Source: Syntrophales bacterium
Lineage (GTDB): Bacteria; Desulfobacterota; Syntrophia; Syntrophales; PHBD01
Length of the DNA stretch: 64,000 nt
Assembly: GCA_963668175.1 (NCBI GenBank)
Contig: OY764159.1
Coordinates: 32,001 to 96,000 of the forward strand
Direction: 5' to 3'
Positions 1-10,422 of this stretch are shown here, one piece after another. Positions within the stretch are counted from its first letter, which is position 1, and each line of letters starts with the position of its first letter. The position numbers and the translations under genes were made by a program. The notes below the pieces were generated by a model. That model worked only from the letters and a program-made list of their open reading frames with translations. It searched no databases and was not told the origin of the DNA.

Positions 1-1644
1 ATCCTCTTCTTTGAACAGCCATCCCAAGACGGGGATTTTTGACAGCCACGGCACACCGGATACGGCTTTTGTGTCTTCCGTACGGCGTACCCCTCCGATG
101 ACGATCGTATCGCCGTCATTGATCACAATCTTCGATTCGACCTTGCTGGTATTGATGGGCGGGTTCCCTTGCAGCTGCGCAGCCTTCGCGTAATCTGCCG
201 AATCGTTTGTGGCAAGAATTTCCATGGAAATCTTGCCCTCGGAGGTAATCGTAGGCTTAACCTCCAGCTTCAGCACCGCCTTCTTAAACGTGACCGTCGC
301 CGGGGAAGAGGCACTGGCAGGCGTCACATAGGGGATATCGTCGCCCTGTTCGATGATGGCCTTGACGTTATCCATCGTTGTCACTTTCGGGGAGGAGATA
401 ATCTTACCCTGGCTCGTCGTTTCCAAGGCCTGCAATTGGGCTTCCAGAAGCATGTTTGCCCCGCCGATGACAAACCCCAAGGTCGGGGATGCCACTGCCG
501 AGGGGAAATTGGTGGCTGCCATCTGGATCGCTTTATTCGTAGTCGCATCTATGTAACCGATGCCGTCGGGATAGAAAAAAGACTTGGCATTGGTCTGCGC
601 GGTGTTGGTTCCTCCGGATATCCCGTAGACATAGTCTCCCGAACTGAATTTCTGATTCGTGGCCGTACCCCAGCGGACGCCCAGATTACGGACAAATGTA
701 TCGTTGGCATCGACGATTTTGGCTTCAATCGCGATTTGCCTCAGCCGCCCTTGTTCAGCCAACTGCTTCTGTTCTTCTTCCTTACGCTTCTTCTGTTCCT
801 CGACGACAGCGGCTTCTGCTTTTCTCCGTTCTTCCGCATCTTTTCTGAATTTCTCCGCCGTCATGATCCATATCACGTTGTCCGCTTGTGTCATGGCCAG
901 GCTGTTCAGCGAAACGATCGTATCCAGCGCCTGGTCCCAGGGAACATTCTTCATGGATATCGTTACGGTCCCCTTCACATCTTCGCTGGAAACGATACTC
1001 CTGCCGCTTACTTCCGATAACAATCTCAAAACGGATTTGATATTCGCATCCTGAAAATCGAGTGTAATCTTTTGTCCTGTGTACTTATTTGCGGGGCTTG
1101 CGTCGTTATTATCGTAAGTTGACTTTGCCTCCGCGGGACTGTTCGCAGATACATCTTTAGGTTTTTGAGCCGCCAGCGACGTCTTTCCCGCCAGAGATGA
1201 AACATTAAAATCGAGGATGATCGTATGTCCGTTCTGCCTGATGTTATAGGGAACCCGCTCTTTAAGATCGATGGTGACAGTCGCCCATTGCTTCGCTCCA
1301 TTCGTTTTCTGCTCGGCAATCGCAGCGTTGACATTATCCAACAATCCTTCACCGCGGGGAGATCGCAGATCCTCCGGCACACTGGTATCGTCCAGTCGTA
1401 TTGTGACGGATTTGCCGGTTTGATCTTCAGCCTTAAAAGGTGTCGGCTTGGAAAGCGTGATGATGACGCGCTCCTTGCCTTTCAGTTTCTGAAAATCAAT
1501 CTTTTCAACAGCTCCGGAACCGCCGGCCGCAGCCCCCTTCGATTTGACATCATCGGCCGCGTTGATCATATAGGGCATGCCCATGAAACACAGGACAGTG
1601 CAGACCGCAATGATCACCATAGTTTTGACATCGAATATTCTCAT
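1..1644 (-). CDS. pilQ: Type IV pilus secretin PilQ, 3'-truncated by the window edge
   Basis: Not in the ORF track. Manual translation from ATG 1644 (ATGA overlap with the pilP stop) gives a signal peptide MRIFDVKTMVIIAVCTVLC, an N0 motif ITLDFQDANIKSVL..NVPWDQALD and secretin motifs IEAKIVD, GKIISSPKVTT, GDTIVIGG, VPWLSKIPVLGWLFK. Confidence 0.93.
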   Translation of the reverse strand, partial: MRIFDVKTMVIIAVCTVLCFMGMPYMINAADDVKSKGAAAGGSGAVEKIDFQKLKGKERVIITLSKPTPFKAEDQTGKSVTIRLDDTSVPEDLRSPRGEGLLDNVNAAIAEQKTNGAKQWATVTIDLKERVPYNIRQNGHTIILDFNVSSLAGKTSLAAQKPKDVSANSPAEAKSTYDNNDASPANKYTGQKITLDFQDANIKSVLRLLSEVSGRSIVSSEDVKGTVTISMKNVPWDQALDTIVSLNSLAMTQADNVIWIMTAEKFRKDAEERRKAEAAVVEEQKKRKEEEQKQLAEQGRLRQIAIEAKIVDANDTFVRNLGVRWGTATNQKFSSGDYVYGISGGTNTAQTNAKSFFYPDGIGYIDATTNKAIQMAATNFPSAVASPTLGFVIGGANMLLEAQLQALETTSQGKIISSPKVTTMDNVKAIIEQGDDIPYVTPASASSPATVTFKKAVLKLEVKPTITSEGKISMEILATNDSADYAKAAQLQGNPPINTSKVESKIVINDGDTIVIGGVRRTEDTKAVSGVPWLSKIPVLGWLFKEED

Positions 1645-2240
1645 TGTTTCACCTCTTCTTCCCTATGAAGCAGTAGGACGATTCGCTTTGCTTTGGCGTT
1701 GCTTTGTTTTTCTTCAACGATCACACGGTCGGCAAGGATTTCCACAACGCGACCGTGATTCTGTCCTATAGACGTCCCGACAAATAGCGGATAAAATTTC
1801 TTATCCTTCCTGTCCTCCACCATAGCGGCACGGCCCTTCTGGCTTCCGGCAATACCAACCAACGTGTATTGTTCCACATCGAGCCTCTGCAGGGGCGACA
1901 GCGGAATGGCCTTAGTTGCTGCTTTTACCGGCTTGGGCTCAAGTTCCATAAACGGCTTGAAGGGGTCTGTTTTTCCGACCGACGTGTATTTATAAGTCTC
2001 CGGCGGTGTCAACGTTGCCTTGGCTGCAGAGATGTCGGCCAGGGAAGGCTGGCCCTTCACCGGTGTGGTGACGGCAGGTTTCGGTGCGGGAACTTTCGTC
2101 TCCTTAGCCGTCATAAGTGCCGACGCTGTCGTAACGGAAGAGATCCCCGCATAAGTCGAGACCGGCATCACAACGAACGCAGCCGTGCCTGCTATCAAGG
2201 ACCACATGATGATCATTCCTGATTTATTTTGTTTTCGCAT
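1641..2240 (-). CDS. pilP: Type IV pilus assembly protein PilP
   Basis: YTSVGKTDPFKPF, SPLQRLDVEQYTLVGI and IGQNHGRVVEI motifs; between pilO and pilQ. Confidence 0.9.
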   Translation of the reverse strand: MRKQNKSGMIIMWSLIAGTAAFVVMPVSTYAGISSVTTASALMTAKETKVPAPKPAVTTPVKGQPSLADISAAKATLTPPETYKYTSVGKTDPFKPFMELEPKPVKAATKAIPLSPLQRLDVEQYTLVGIAGSQKGRAAMVEDRKDKKFYPLFVGTSIGQNHGRVVEILADRVIVEEKQSNAKAKRIVLLLHREEEVKQ

Positions 2241-2931
2241 CCTTCTTTTCCAGAAACATGTAGGTTTTGATCACACAGGACGTATTCAGGAGACGGCCCC
2301 GTCCCCTCACGTCCTTCCCCTCACCCATGTTGATGTCGAAAATATTGACAATCCGGGACAGTTTCGCCACCTTGTCAAAAAAGATTGCCGTGTTGTGAAA
2401 TCCTCCGTGAACGGTTACCCGCACGGGAATCTCCTCATAAAACGATTCCTGCTGCGGGGGTTTCTTCCCGGCAGGGGCTGCAGGCTTTCCATCCTGAGGT
2501 TTCTGCTCGGCACGCTGATCGGACGGTTTCAGATTTGCTTTGACTTCCGCACCCGCAGATGCAGGCTTCTCGGCCGCCCTTGGTTCGAAAAGGATGAAAT
2601 CGACGCCGGCCTCCTTGCCTGCTTCGGCAACGGCAAGGAACAACCCGGGGATTTCCTTCTGCTCCGGGAGCTTGGCCAGTGCAATATTGAGAAGCTCTTT
2701 GAGTGCCTTGACTTCCTCTATATACTTTTGCTTTTGCTTAGCGATAACCTCTTTCTCTTTAATCTGCTGCTGCAAGTCTGCCAGTTTCTTATCGAGAGCG
2801 CTTTTATTGGCCATGGCCGCATCCAGATAAAGAAACCAGAACAGATAACTGATAAGAAGAATAATCAGGCCCGCCAGCAGAGCTTTAATCTGCGGGGACA
2901 TATTCTTAAGATCGTCCATCGAGATTGCCAT
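2224..2931 (-). CDS. pilO: Type IV pilus assembly protein PilO
   Basis: N-terminal TM helix, coiled coil, LPEQKEIPGL, FYEEIPV, VAKLSRIVNI. Confidence 0.92.
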   Translation of the reverse strand: MAISMDDLKNMSPQIKALLAGLIILLISYLFWFLYLDAAMANKSALDKKLADLQQQIKEKEVIAKQKQKYIEEVKALKELLNIALAKLPEQKEIPGLFLAVAEAGKEAGVDFILFEPRAAEKPASAGAEVKANLKPSDQRAEQKPQDGKPAAPAGKKPPQQESFYEEIPVRVTVHGGFHNTAIFFDKVAKLSRIVNIFDINMGEGKDVRGRGRLLNTSCVIKTYMFLEKKDAKTK

Positions 2932-2935
2932 AGCT

Positions 2936-3484
2936 CTATATTTTCCTCTTCGTTGCGCATTTTAAAGTAAATTGTTGCAGTTTGACGCCTGCAATTTCTT
3001 TCTCTTTTGAGGCAATCAGATCAACCGATTTGATGAAACTGGCCATTTCGAGAATCTTCATGAATCGGGCAACGGCAATGCTGTCTCTCCCCATCCCTTC
3101 GATATTTAAATCCGTCCCCGTTTCCGTTATCTTATCGAGCCAGATGTCTCTCGACGGCACGATGCTGGCAAACTGATCGAGCATTTGCACGGGATACAAA
3201 CGGTTCTCTTCCAGGGATTTTATGATTTCCAGTTTCTTTTCGATGACTTGTTTATCGGCCTTAACAATCTCTATCTCGCCGATAATCTTCGTCAGGGTCG
3301 CAAGTCTGGTCTCGCTGTTCTTGATTTCCGTCTCAAGGCTGTTGATACTCATCGTCATGTAAAAGAAAACGGCGACAATCAGGATGAAAAAGAGCGCGAA
3401 AGAAGCTCCGACGATAATGAGCTGACTGGTCCTCGTTTCCTTTTTCTTCTTTTCAATATAGGGAAGAAGGTTGATCCGGATCAT
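2936..3484 (-). CDS. pilN: Type IV pilus assembly protein PilN
   Basis: MIRINLLP motif, TM helix, coiled coil. Confidence 0.93.
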   Translation of the reverse strand: MIRINLLPYIEKKKKETRTSQLIIVGASFALFFILIVAVFFYMTMSINSLETEIKNSETRLATLTKIIGEIEIVKADKQVIEKKLEIIKSLEENRLYPVQMLDQFASIVPSRDIWLDKITETGTDLNIEGMGRDSIAVARFMKILEMASFIKSVDLIASKEKEIAGVKLQQFTLKCATKRKI

Positions 3485-4563
3485 CGGTCTCCGACCCTCC
3501 TTAATGCCAATCCCACTCCGACAGCGGCAATGGGGGCAACTTGTTCAATTTGTGAAACATCCAGCGCTTTCTTCCCGATTTCCATCTTCTTAAAGGGATT
3601 GGCGATTTCCGCTTCAACGTTGAGCCTGTGAGACAAATCGGCAGCGATCCCCGGTATGTTGGCACACCCGCCGGAAATCAGCACTCTTTTGACTGATTCG
3701 CCTCCATATGTGGATGTAAAGTACTCGACGGATCTTTCTATCTCGGCGCATATGGGTTCCGCATAGGTGAGCAGGTTGTCCCGGATTTCTTTGGCTGCGT
3801 TTTCATCGGACGCAACACCTCCGATCTTAATGCTTTCCGCCTCGTCAAAAGATACGCCCAATTTTCCCTGGACGGCCTCCGTCACGGCATTGCCTCCCAG
3901 AGTGAAATCCCTGGTGAATATCGAACCTGCATTTTGAACCACGTTGATATTGGTTATGCTGGCCCCGATATTGACGAGAACGATGATGTCATTCTCGTCA
4001 TATTTATAATTCTCTTCATACATGGTCTCGATGGCAAAAGAATCGACATCCATGATCGTCGTCGAAAGACCGGCATCGGTTAAGACATCCGTATAGCTGT
4101 TGATCACATCTTTTTTCGCAGCAACCAACAGCACATTCATCTGGTTGGGATTGTAATCGGTGGGTCCTAAAATCTGGAAATCGAAATTGACATCGTTCAT
4201 ATTATCGAAAGGCAGATATTTCCCTGCTTCATCATGGATCAATTCCCGCAGTTCTTTGTCCTCCATGGTGGCGAAATTCACCTTCTTTACAATCACGGAA
4301 TGGCCGGAAAGAGAAGTCACGATGCCTTTGGTGGCAAGGCCGGTGCGCTTGAATAGCTCTTTGAGTCTGTCGGTAAGTGTTCTGGGATCCTGGAGTATGC
4401 CGTCCACGATGACACCCCTGGGCAGGGCAAGCATCGAAAAGTGGTTCAACAGATACCCTTGCGCAGTATCCAGAATTTCAACGAGTTTTAATGAACTCGA
4501 TCCGATATCGAGGCCAACGACGGGCTTTCTTCGGCCAAAAAGATACTTGATTTCGTCGAACAT
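3481..4563 (-). CDS. pilM: Type IV pilus assembly actin-like ATPase PilM
   Basis: VGLDIGSSSLKLVE, VLLVAAKKD, VGVGLALR; start placed at MFDEIK. Confidence 0.95.
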   Translation of the reverse strand: MFDEIKYLFGRRKPVVGLDIGSSSLKLVEILDTAQGYLLNHFSMLALPRGVIVDGILQDPRTLTDRLKELFKRTGLATKGIVTSLSGHSVIVKKVNFATMEDKELRELIHDEAGKYLPFDNMNDVNFDFQILGPTDYNPNQMNVLLVAAKKDVINSYTDVLTDAGLSTTIMDVDSFAIETMYEENYKYDENDIIVLVNIGASITNINVVQNAGSIFTRDFTLGGNAVTEAVQGKLGVSFDEAESIKIGGVASDENAAKEIRDNLLTYAEPICAEIERSVEYFTSTYGGESVKRVLISGGCANIPGIAADLSHRLNVEAEIANPFKKMEIGKKALDVSQIEQVAPIAAVGVGLALRRVGDR

Positions 4564-4685
4564 TGAACCCCCACACAATATTATCTTTCCATCTGTAGAG
4601 TTGCTATACTAACAGATCGTCATTATAAACAGTGACATGAATCACAAATTAGCAATTTATTACTGATTCATTCACTCTTATCGGA

Positions 4686-4952
4686 TCATTTGGTAAATCG
4701 GTAGACGATATCCCCTTTCCTGACCATGCCCAGTTCATTTCTCGCTATCATTTCTATATATGGCAGATTTGATCTTAGTAAAAGGATCTTTTTCTTCATC
4801 TCATTATTTTCGGCAGTAAGTTCTTGATTCTGTTTCTTGATGTCGTCAAGCCGTCTTAACATTTTATAATTGTCGACGAGCCCTCTGTTGCCGAAAACAA
4901 TCAATATCCCCATAAACATTGTAAATATAACGAGATATCTCCCCACCTTCAT
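4686..4952 (-). CDS. Septum formation initiator family protein (FtsB/DivIC-like)
   Basis: TM helix, coiled coil, IEMIARNELGMVRKGDIVY motif. Confidence 0.85.
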   Translation of the reverse strand: MKVGRYLVIFTMFMGILIVFGNRGLVDNYKMLRRLDDIKKQNQELTAENNEMKKKILLLRSNLPYIEMIARNELGMVRKGDIVYRFTK

Positions 4953-5101
4953 TATGAATATCGCCCCGAAAAAGATGAAAAACGAGACCTGGAAAATTCA
5001 TGATGAGAAATATATAACAAAAATAGAGAGTTTGCAATACAAAAAAACAAAATATGAAAAAAATATTTACAAAGGGAATACAAGTTCGACTTTTATGAAT
5101 A

Positions 5102-6268
5102 TCACGGGGTCGAAGGCAAGCAGAACTGAGGCTCTCCGAGCAAGAAATCACCCCGCTCAATCCACTCTTTTAAATGATTGGCAATTTCTCTGGATTTGAA
5201 ATAACTCGTCATCGGCGCAGTGGCCACGGGTTTCCCGTTGATCAAGACGGACCCGCTCCGCAGGTCTTTGTAACTGACTTCAGCAACGACCCTCAGAGTG
5301 TCGCCTTTCGGATATTCCATGCCGTAATCGAAAACCTGAGTAAAGATATCTTCATCTCTTACAGCCGTATAACGGGCCATTTCTTCGTTAAGAATCGGTA
5401 TGGGGATTCCGATGCCGACATAAAGGGAAACGCCGTATCCGATGATGCTGGCGCCGACAATCCATTCGGGGCTCATCTCTTTCAAGTCGCCGATTGTGGC
5501 TATGGTGCCGGCACCATGTTTCGGCACGCCGTTTTCTCCCCGCAAGGCAACGGGATTATGCTGGGTGCCGTGCCAGGCGACAAAACCCTGCGTCCCTCCC
5601 AGAAAGATTTTGGTCCCGATGCCGATCGTCTTATAATAGGGATCGTTGAATAATGGGCTCAACTGACCCGATGTCGCATAATTGGCATTGGCCATGCGGG
5701 GTCGCAGAACCCCCATGTACGTATAAACGGTCTTATCCGACAAGTTAACGGCACAATTGTAATTCTGGTAAGCGTTGCGTGGATTGAACAGTGTGGCATC
5801 GCGAAGATCCTGAATGGTCAGATTTCTCTCATGTCTTCGCGATGGATAACAATCGGTACCGTAACCTTCGGCCCGCAGCCGAATAACGTTGCCTGCCACA
5901 AGGTCCTCTAAAACATGCCCCCCGCCATAATTGAACTGGCCGGGATAAACGCTGTTCAAGGGATCGCCTTCGACGACTTCCGTTGCTCCGATATAGCAAT
6001 CAACCGCCGCAATGCCGGCATAGGCGGGAACATCGTTAAGCCAGACTCGAGACGACTTGATCCGGGGAGACGTGTGGCCGAAATTCAGGAAAGCACCCGA
6101 CGAACACATGGGACCGAACGTACCGGTCGTCACGACATCAACCCGCCTTGCGGCCTCAACGTCGTCGTGCTTGGCAACGATGTCGATCATTTCCTCCGCC
6201 GTTACGACAACGGCTTTGCCCTGTCTGATTTTCTCGTTAATCTCTTTATAGGTTTTATTGACCTTCAT
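5102..6268 (-). CDS. Homocysteine biosynthesis protein (DUF39; L-aspartate semialdehyde sulfurtransferase-like)
   Basis: KTYKEINEKI, VDVVTTGTFGPMCSSGA, NPRNAYQNY, SGQLSPLFNDP motifs; start placed at MKVNK (ORF opens at 6280). Confidence 0.88.
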   Translation of the reverse strand: MKVNKTYKEINEKIRQGKAVVVTAEEMIDIVAKHDDVEAARRVDVVTTGTFGPMCSSGAFLNFGHTSPRIKSSRVWLNDVPAYAGIAAVDCYIGATEVVEGDPLNSVYPGQFNYGGGHVLEDLVAGNVIRLRAEGYGTDCYPSRRHERNLTIQDLRDATLFNPRNAYQNYNCAVNLSDKTVYTYMGVLRPRMANANYATSGQLSPLFNDPYYKTIGIGTKIFLGGTQGFVAWHGTQHNPVALRGENGVPKHGAGTIATIGDLKEMSPEWIVGASIIGYGVSLYVGIGIPIPILNEEMARYTAVRDEDIFTQVFDYGMEYPKGDTLRVVAEVSYKDLRSGSVLINGKPVATAPMTSYFKSREIANHLKEWIERGDFLLGEPQFCLPSTP

Positions 6269-6356
6269 CCTTTTCATCACGCAAACATCCTGTCTTGAAG
6301 CTTATCTCGACACTCATATGAGATGATCACACCGATCCCCGTCCCGGAACGAAGCG

Positions 6357-6827
6357 TCATTCCGTTTCGGTCCGATCATTGATTCGTGTATGTCCGAATC
6401 CGCCTTGTCCTCGTTCAGATACGCTCAGCTCGTTGCTCTCCCTCCAGACAACCCGACAGATCCTACGGACGACCATCTGGGCGATGCGGTCCCCTCTGCT
6501 GATTTTAAAAACCGATTGTCCGTGATTGATCATAATCACGCCAATCTCACCGCGATAATCGGCATCGATCGTCCCCGGCGAATTCAACAGCGTTACGCCA
6601 TGATGTATCGCAAGTCCGCTGCGGGGGCGTATCTCAGCCTCATATCCCTCAGGAACGGCAACATGGATGCCCGTGGGAACGAGGATACGCTCCCCGGGTC
6701 CGATGGATATGTCATCCTTGACCGCCGCGCAAATATCCATCCCGGCGGCATTTGCCGTCATATAGCGAGGAAGGGGTATATCTTCGCAGTCGGGCCGCTT
6801 CTGAATCGGCACCCTTATCTCTTCCAT
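6357..6827 (-). CDS. dut: dUTP diphosphatase
   Basis: [38 protein letters not shown]; start placed at MEEIRV. Confidence 0.96.
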   Translation of the reverse strand: MEEIRVPIQKRPDCEDIPLPRYMTANAAGMDICAAVKDDISIGPGERILVPTGIHVAVPEGYEAEIRPRSGLAIHHGVTLLNSPGTIDADYRGEIGVIMINHGQSVFKISRGDRIAQMVVRRICRVVWRESNELSVSERGQGGFGHTRINDRTETE

Positions 6828-6918
6828 ATCATAATCGCCGGGGCAATCCGATAATCCCATAGAGCTTCCCGACAGCGTCATCCCGACCGGATTCGCCGTC
6901 GCTGTCGGGGTCATCGCG

Positions 6919-8187
6919 TCACCCTCTCAATATTCCCACGGTCAAGTCTTTTTCGGATACGGGACCGATGGCGGTAACGGATATAACCTCGGGGTCAAAA
7001 AGTTCTCGCGCCAGATTCTGAATATCCGTCGTCTCGACCGCATCTATTTCACCGACCGTTTCTTCAAACGGAATTTGACGGCCGAAGCAAAGCTCATTCT
7101 TGGCCAGACGAGACATGCGGTTATCGGTGCTTTCCATGCTTAAGAGAAAGTTCCCCTTGATGAGTTCCTTGGCCGACTGCAATTCGTTGTCTGCAAGGAC
7201 ATGGTTGGTCAGTCTCGAAAGCTCATCCAAGGTAAGGCCGATGACTTCCTGTATTTTATCTTCCGTTGTTCCCGAATAAATGCCCTGCAATCCCGTATCG
7301 ATGTATGGGATCATATACGAGTGAATGGCATAGGCCAGGCCCCTCTTCTCCCTGATCTCCTGAAAGAGCCGGGAACTCATGCTTCCGCCCAGAACGGCGT
7401 TCATCAGGAAGCCGGAGTGCCTTTTCGGACTTACGGCGGACGGCGCCAGTGTTCCGATCACCATATGGATCTGTTCCAGGTCTTTTTCAAACGCCCTTAT
7501 TTTCGAAGAAACGACGGGCGCTTCCTGCGGGATAAAATCCTCGCGGGAACGTCGCCGTTTATCGAATGAACCGAATTTTCGATCGATGAGATCGATAAGG
7601 ACGGCATGGGAAAGATTTCCCGCCGCTGTGATGACCAGGTTTTCGCCGGTATACCACTGTTCGAAGAACTCAAGGACATTCTGTCTCTCGAAATTCTCCA
7701 CCTGCTCTTTCAGTCCCAGGATGGGGTAACCGAGAGAATGGTCGTTCCAGAAGGATGCTTCGAACAGGTCATGGATATATTCATCCGGCGAATCTTCCAG
7801 CATCCTGATTTCCTGGAGGATAACCGATTTCTCCCTTTCGAATTCGGAAGCTTCAAAGATGGAATCCCCCAGGATGTCCGCCAAAAGATCAATGGCCAGT
7901 GCCAGATGATAATCGGGTATTTTGATATAAAACGACGTATATTCCTTCCCGGTAAAGGCATTCATCACGCCACCGACGGAATCTATCGATGCGGCAATGT
8001 CGAAAGCGGTTCGGCTCTTCGTGCCTTTAAACAGCATGTGTTCGATGAAATGAGACATGCCGTTTGTCTTCCCGTTCTCATAGCGGGCACCGCATCGTAT
8101 CCACGCCCCGATCGATACGGACCGGACGTGGTCGATTTCTTCTGTAACCAGCCGGATACCGTTATCAAAAACGGTCTTGTTGATCAT
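6919..8187 (-). CDS. M16 family zinc peptidase
   Basis: [11 protein letters not shown] (HxxEH), [16 protein letters not shown]; usual position after pnp. Confidence 0.95.
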   Translation of the reverse strand: MINKTVFDNGIRLVTEEIDHVRSVSIGAWIRCGARYENGKTNGMSHFIEHMLFKGTKSRTAFDIAASIDSVGGVMNAFTGKEYTSFYIKIPDYHLALAIDLLADILGDSIFEASEFEREKSVILQEIRMLEDSPDEYIHDLFEASFWNDHSLGYPILGLKEQVENFERQNVLEFFEQWYTGENLVITAAGNLSHAVLIDLIDRKFGSFDKRRRSREDFIPQEAPVVSSKIRAFEKDLEQIHMVIGTLAPSAVSPKRHSGFLMNAVLGGSMSSRLFQEIREKRGLAYAIHSYMIPYIDTGLQGIYSGTTEDKIQEVIGLTLDELSRLTNHVLADNELQSAKELIKGNFLLSMESTDNRMSRLAKNELCFGRQIPFEETVGEIDAVETTDIQNLARELFDPEVISVTAIGPVSEKDLTVGILRG

Positions 8188-10296
8188 TTATGACAATGCT
8201 TCCTTCCTGCTGAGTCTGATCTTGCCCTGTTTATCTATTTCCAGGACCTTGACCTGAATTTCGTCACCTTCTTTGACAATATCGGTGACCTTATTCACCC
8301 GCTCCTTGGCCAACTGAGAAATATGAACCAGGCCTTCCGTTCCCGGGAGAATTTCGACAAAGGCACCGAAATCGACCACTTTCTTGACCGTCCCTTTATA
8401 TATCTTGCCGATCTCGGCATCTTCAGTCAGCCACTTGACCATCGCCACCGCACGTGCCGCCGCTTCTGCATCGCTGGAAGCAATCGTAACGGTTCCATCG
8501 TCTTCCACGTCAATCGTAACACCCGTTTCGCTGATGATCTGGCGAATATTTTTCCCACCGGAACCGATAACGTCCCTCACCTTTTCAGGCCTGACCGATA
8601 CGGTTGTTATTCTCGGTGCATAGGGTGAAATGTCGCCGCGTGGTTCGGCCAGTGTCTCTTTGATTTTCCCGATGATGAAGACTCTGCCGTCGCGGGCCTG
8701 ATAGAGGGCTTTCCGTAAGATGTCTTCACTAAGTTCGTCAATCTTGATGTCCATCTGCATAGCGGTTATACCCTTCTCCGTTCCGCAGACCTTGAAATCC
8801 ATGTCTCCGGCATGGTCTTCATCGCCCAGGATATCCGAAAGAACCACGATATCGTTGCCCTCTTTCAGCAACCCCATAGCGATTCCGGCAACAACATCTT
8901 TTACGGGAACGCCGGCATCCATAAGGGCCAGGCATCCGCCGCAGACCGTCGCCATGGATGACGAGCCGTTGGACGAGAGGATTTCGGAAACGATCCTGAT
9001 CGTATAAGGAAAGGCCTCCTGGGTCGGCAGGATGGGCATCAATGCCCGCCGGGCCAGATTGCCGTGGCCTATTTCCCTTCTGCCAGGGCTCCGGAGCGAC
9101 CTCGCCTCGCCAACACTGTAAGGCGGGAAGTTATAATGAAGCATGAAGGACCGGTGTTCTTCGCCAGCGATATAATCCAGTCTCTGCTGATCGGATGAAG
9201 TGCCCAGTGTAAGCGCGGCAAGTGCTTGGGTCTCACCTCTGTTGAACAGGGCGGAACCATGAGCACGAGGCAGAATTCCTGCTTCGGATGTGATCGGGCG
9301 TATATCTGTAAAAGAACGTCCGTCAATGCGCTTTTTTTCGCGAATGATTTTTTCTCTTAAGATGCGGCGTTCCAGACCCTCGAAAATATTTTGAGCGGCA
9401 CTGGTCAGACCGGCGTCATCGGCAGTTACTGACTTTATAACCTGCTCCCTTAATTGATCTAGCTTCGCGTATCGTTCAAGCTTGATCTTGGTTTCAAAAA
9501 CGTCCCGCAAACCGCCTTCCGCTCCCCCTGTAATGTTTGCCAACAGCGCTTCATCAACAGCAGGAATCACGAACGGTCTCTTCTCTTTGCCAATAGCCTG
9601 TCTCATTCTATCCTGAAGATCGATCATAGGACGAATCGACTCCAGGCCGAACTTGATGGCGTCGACAATGGTGTCTTCATCCATTTCTTTGGCATCACCT
9701 TCCAACATGACCAGGTTCACGTCATAATCTCGTCCGTTGGTGCCGGGAGTAACTTTTCTCCCTACAAGAAAGAGATTGACGTCACTCTGTTCCATTGATG
9801 CCGCGGAAGGGTTGCAGACAAAATTACCGTCAATACGGCCGACACGAACACCGGCAATGGGTCCTTTGAAGGGTATGTTGGATATCTCCAGAGCGGCTGA
9901 AGCCGCCAGCATAGCAGCCACATCGGAATCATTTTCACCATCAACGGAAAGCACTGTAGCTACCAGTTGGGTTTCAAAGTAATAACCCTTGGGGAAAAGG
10001 GGGCGTATAGACCGGTCGATAATCCTTGATGTCAGAACCTCACGCTCATTGAGCCTGCCTTCTCTCTTAAAAAAACCACCGGGGATCTTACCTGCGGCAT
10101 AAGTCATTTCCTGGTAATCCACTGTCAACGGCAGAAAGTCCAGCCCTTCCCTGGCCGACTTGACGGAAACAGCCGTAACCAATACGACGGTATCTCCATA
10201 AGTGGCAAGGATTGCGCCATTGGCCTGTTCCGCCATGTATTGCGCTTTCAGGGAGATGGGTCGCCCTGCAAAATCTTCACTAAATACTTTACTCAT
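8188..10296 (-). CDS. pnp: Polyribonucleotide nucleotidyltransferase
   Basis: GKIPGGFFKREG, RREIGHG, GDMDFKV, KH and S1 domains. Confidence 0.98.
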   Translation of the reverse strand: MSKVFSEDFAGRPISLKAQYMAEQANGAILATYGDTVVLVTAVSVKSAREGLDFLPLTVDYQEMTYAAGKIPGGFFKREGRLNEREVLTSRIIDRSIRPLFPKGYYFETQLVATVLSVDGENDSDVAAMLAASAALEISNIPFKGPIAGVRVGRIDGNFVCNPSAASMEQSDVNLFLVGRKVTPGTNGRDYDVNLVMLEGDAKEMDEDTIVDAIKFGLESIRPMIDLQDRMRQAIGKEKRPFVIPAVDEALLANITGGAEGGLRDVFETKIKLERYAKLDQLREQVIKSVTADDAGLTSAAQNIFEGLERRILREKIIREKKRIDGRSFTDIRPITSEAGILPRAHGSALFNRGETQALAALTLGTSSDQQRLDYIAGEEHRSFMLHYNFPPYSVGEARSLRSPGRREIGHGNLARRALMPILPTQEAFPYTIRIVSEILSSNGSSSMATVCGGCLALMDAGVPVKDVVAGIAMGLLKEGNDIVVLSDILGDEDHAGDMDFKVCGTEKGITAMQMDIKIDELSEDILRKALYQARDGRVFIIGKIKETLAEPRGDISPYAPRITTVSVRPEKVRDVIGSGGKNIRQIISETGVTIDVEDDGTVTIASSDAEAAARAVAMVKWLTEDAEIGKIYKGTVKKVVDFGAFVEILPGTEGLVHISQLAKERVNKVTDIVKEGDEIQVKVLEIDKQGKIRLSRKEALS

Positions 10297-10422
10297 TAGT
10301 GTTTCTTCCTTTCATTATAATAGCATAAAAAATTCAGTATTCAGCAATCCAAGCGCCATACTTCAAATGAGATGCTATACCGATTGCATCGCCGCCGATT
10401 CATTGCCATGAATTGGATGAAC

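Noticed and set aside
4580..5100. AT-rich patch as a horizontally acquired island
   Set aside because: Explained by promoter/intergenic DNA and a small FtsB-like membrane gene; no mobility genes.
8961..8995. PNPase SEILSSNGSSS instead of SEILESNGSSS
   Set aside because: To my recollection this variant occurs in other bacterial PNPases; no evidence of altered function.
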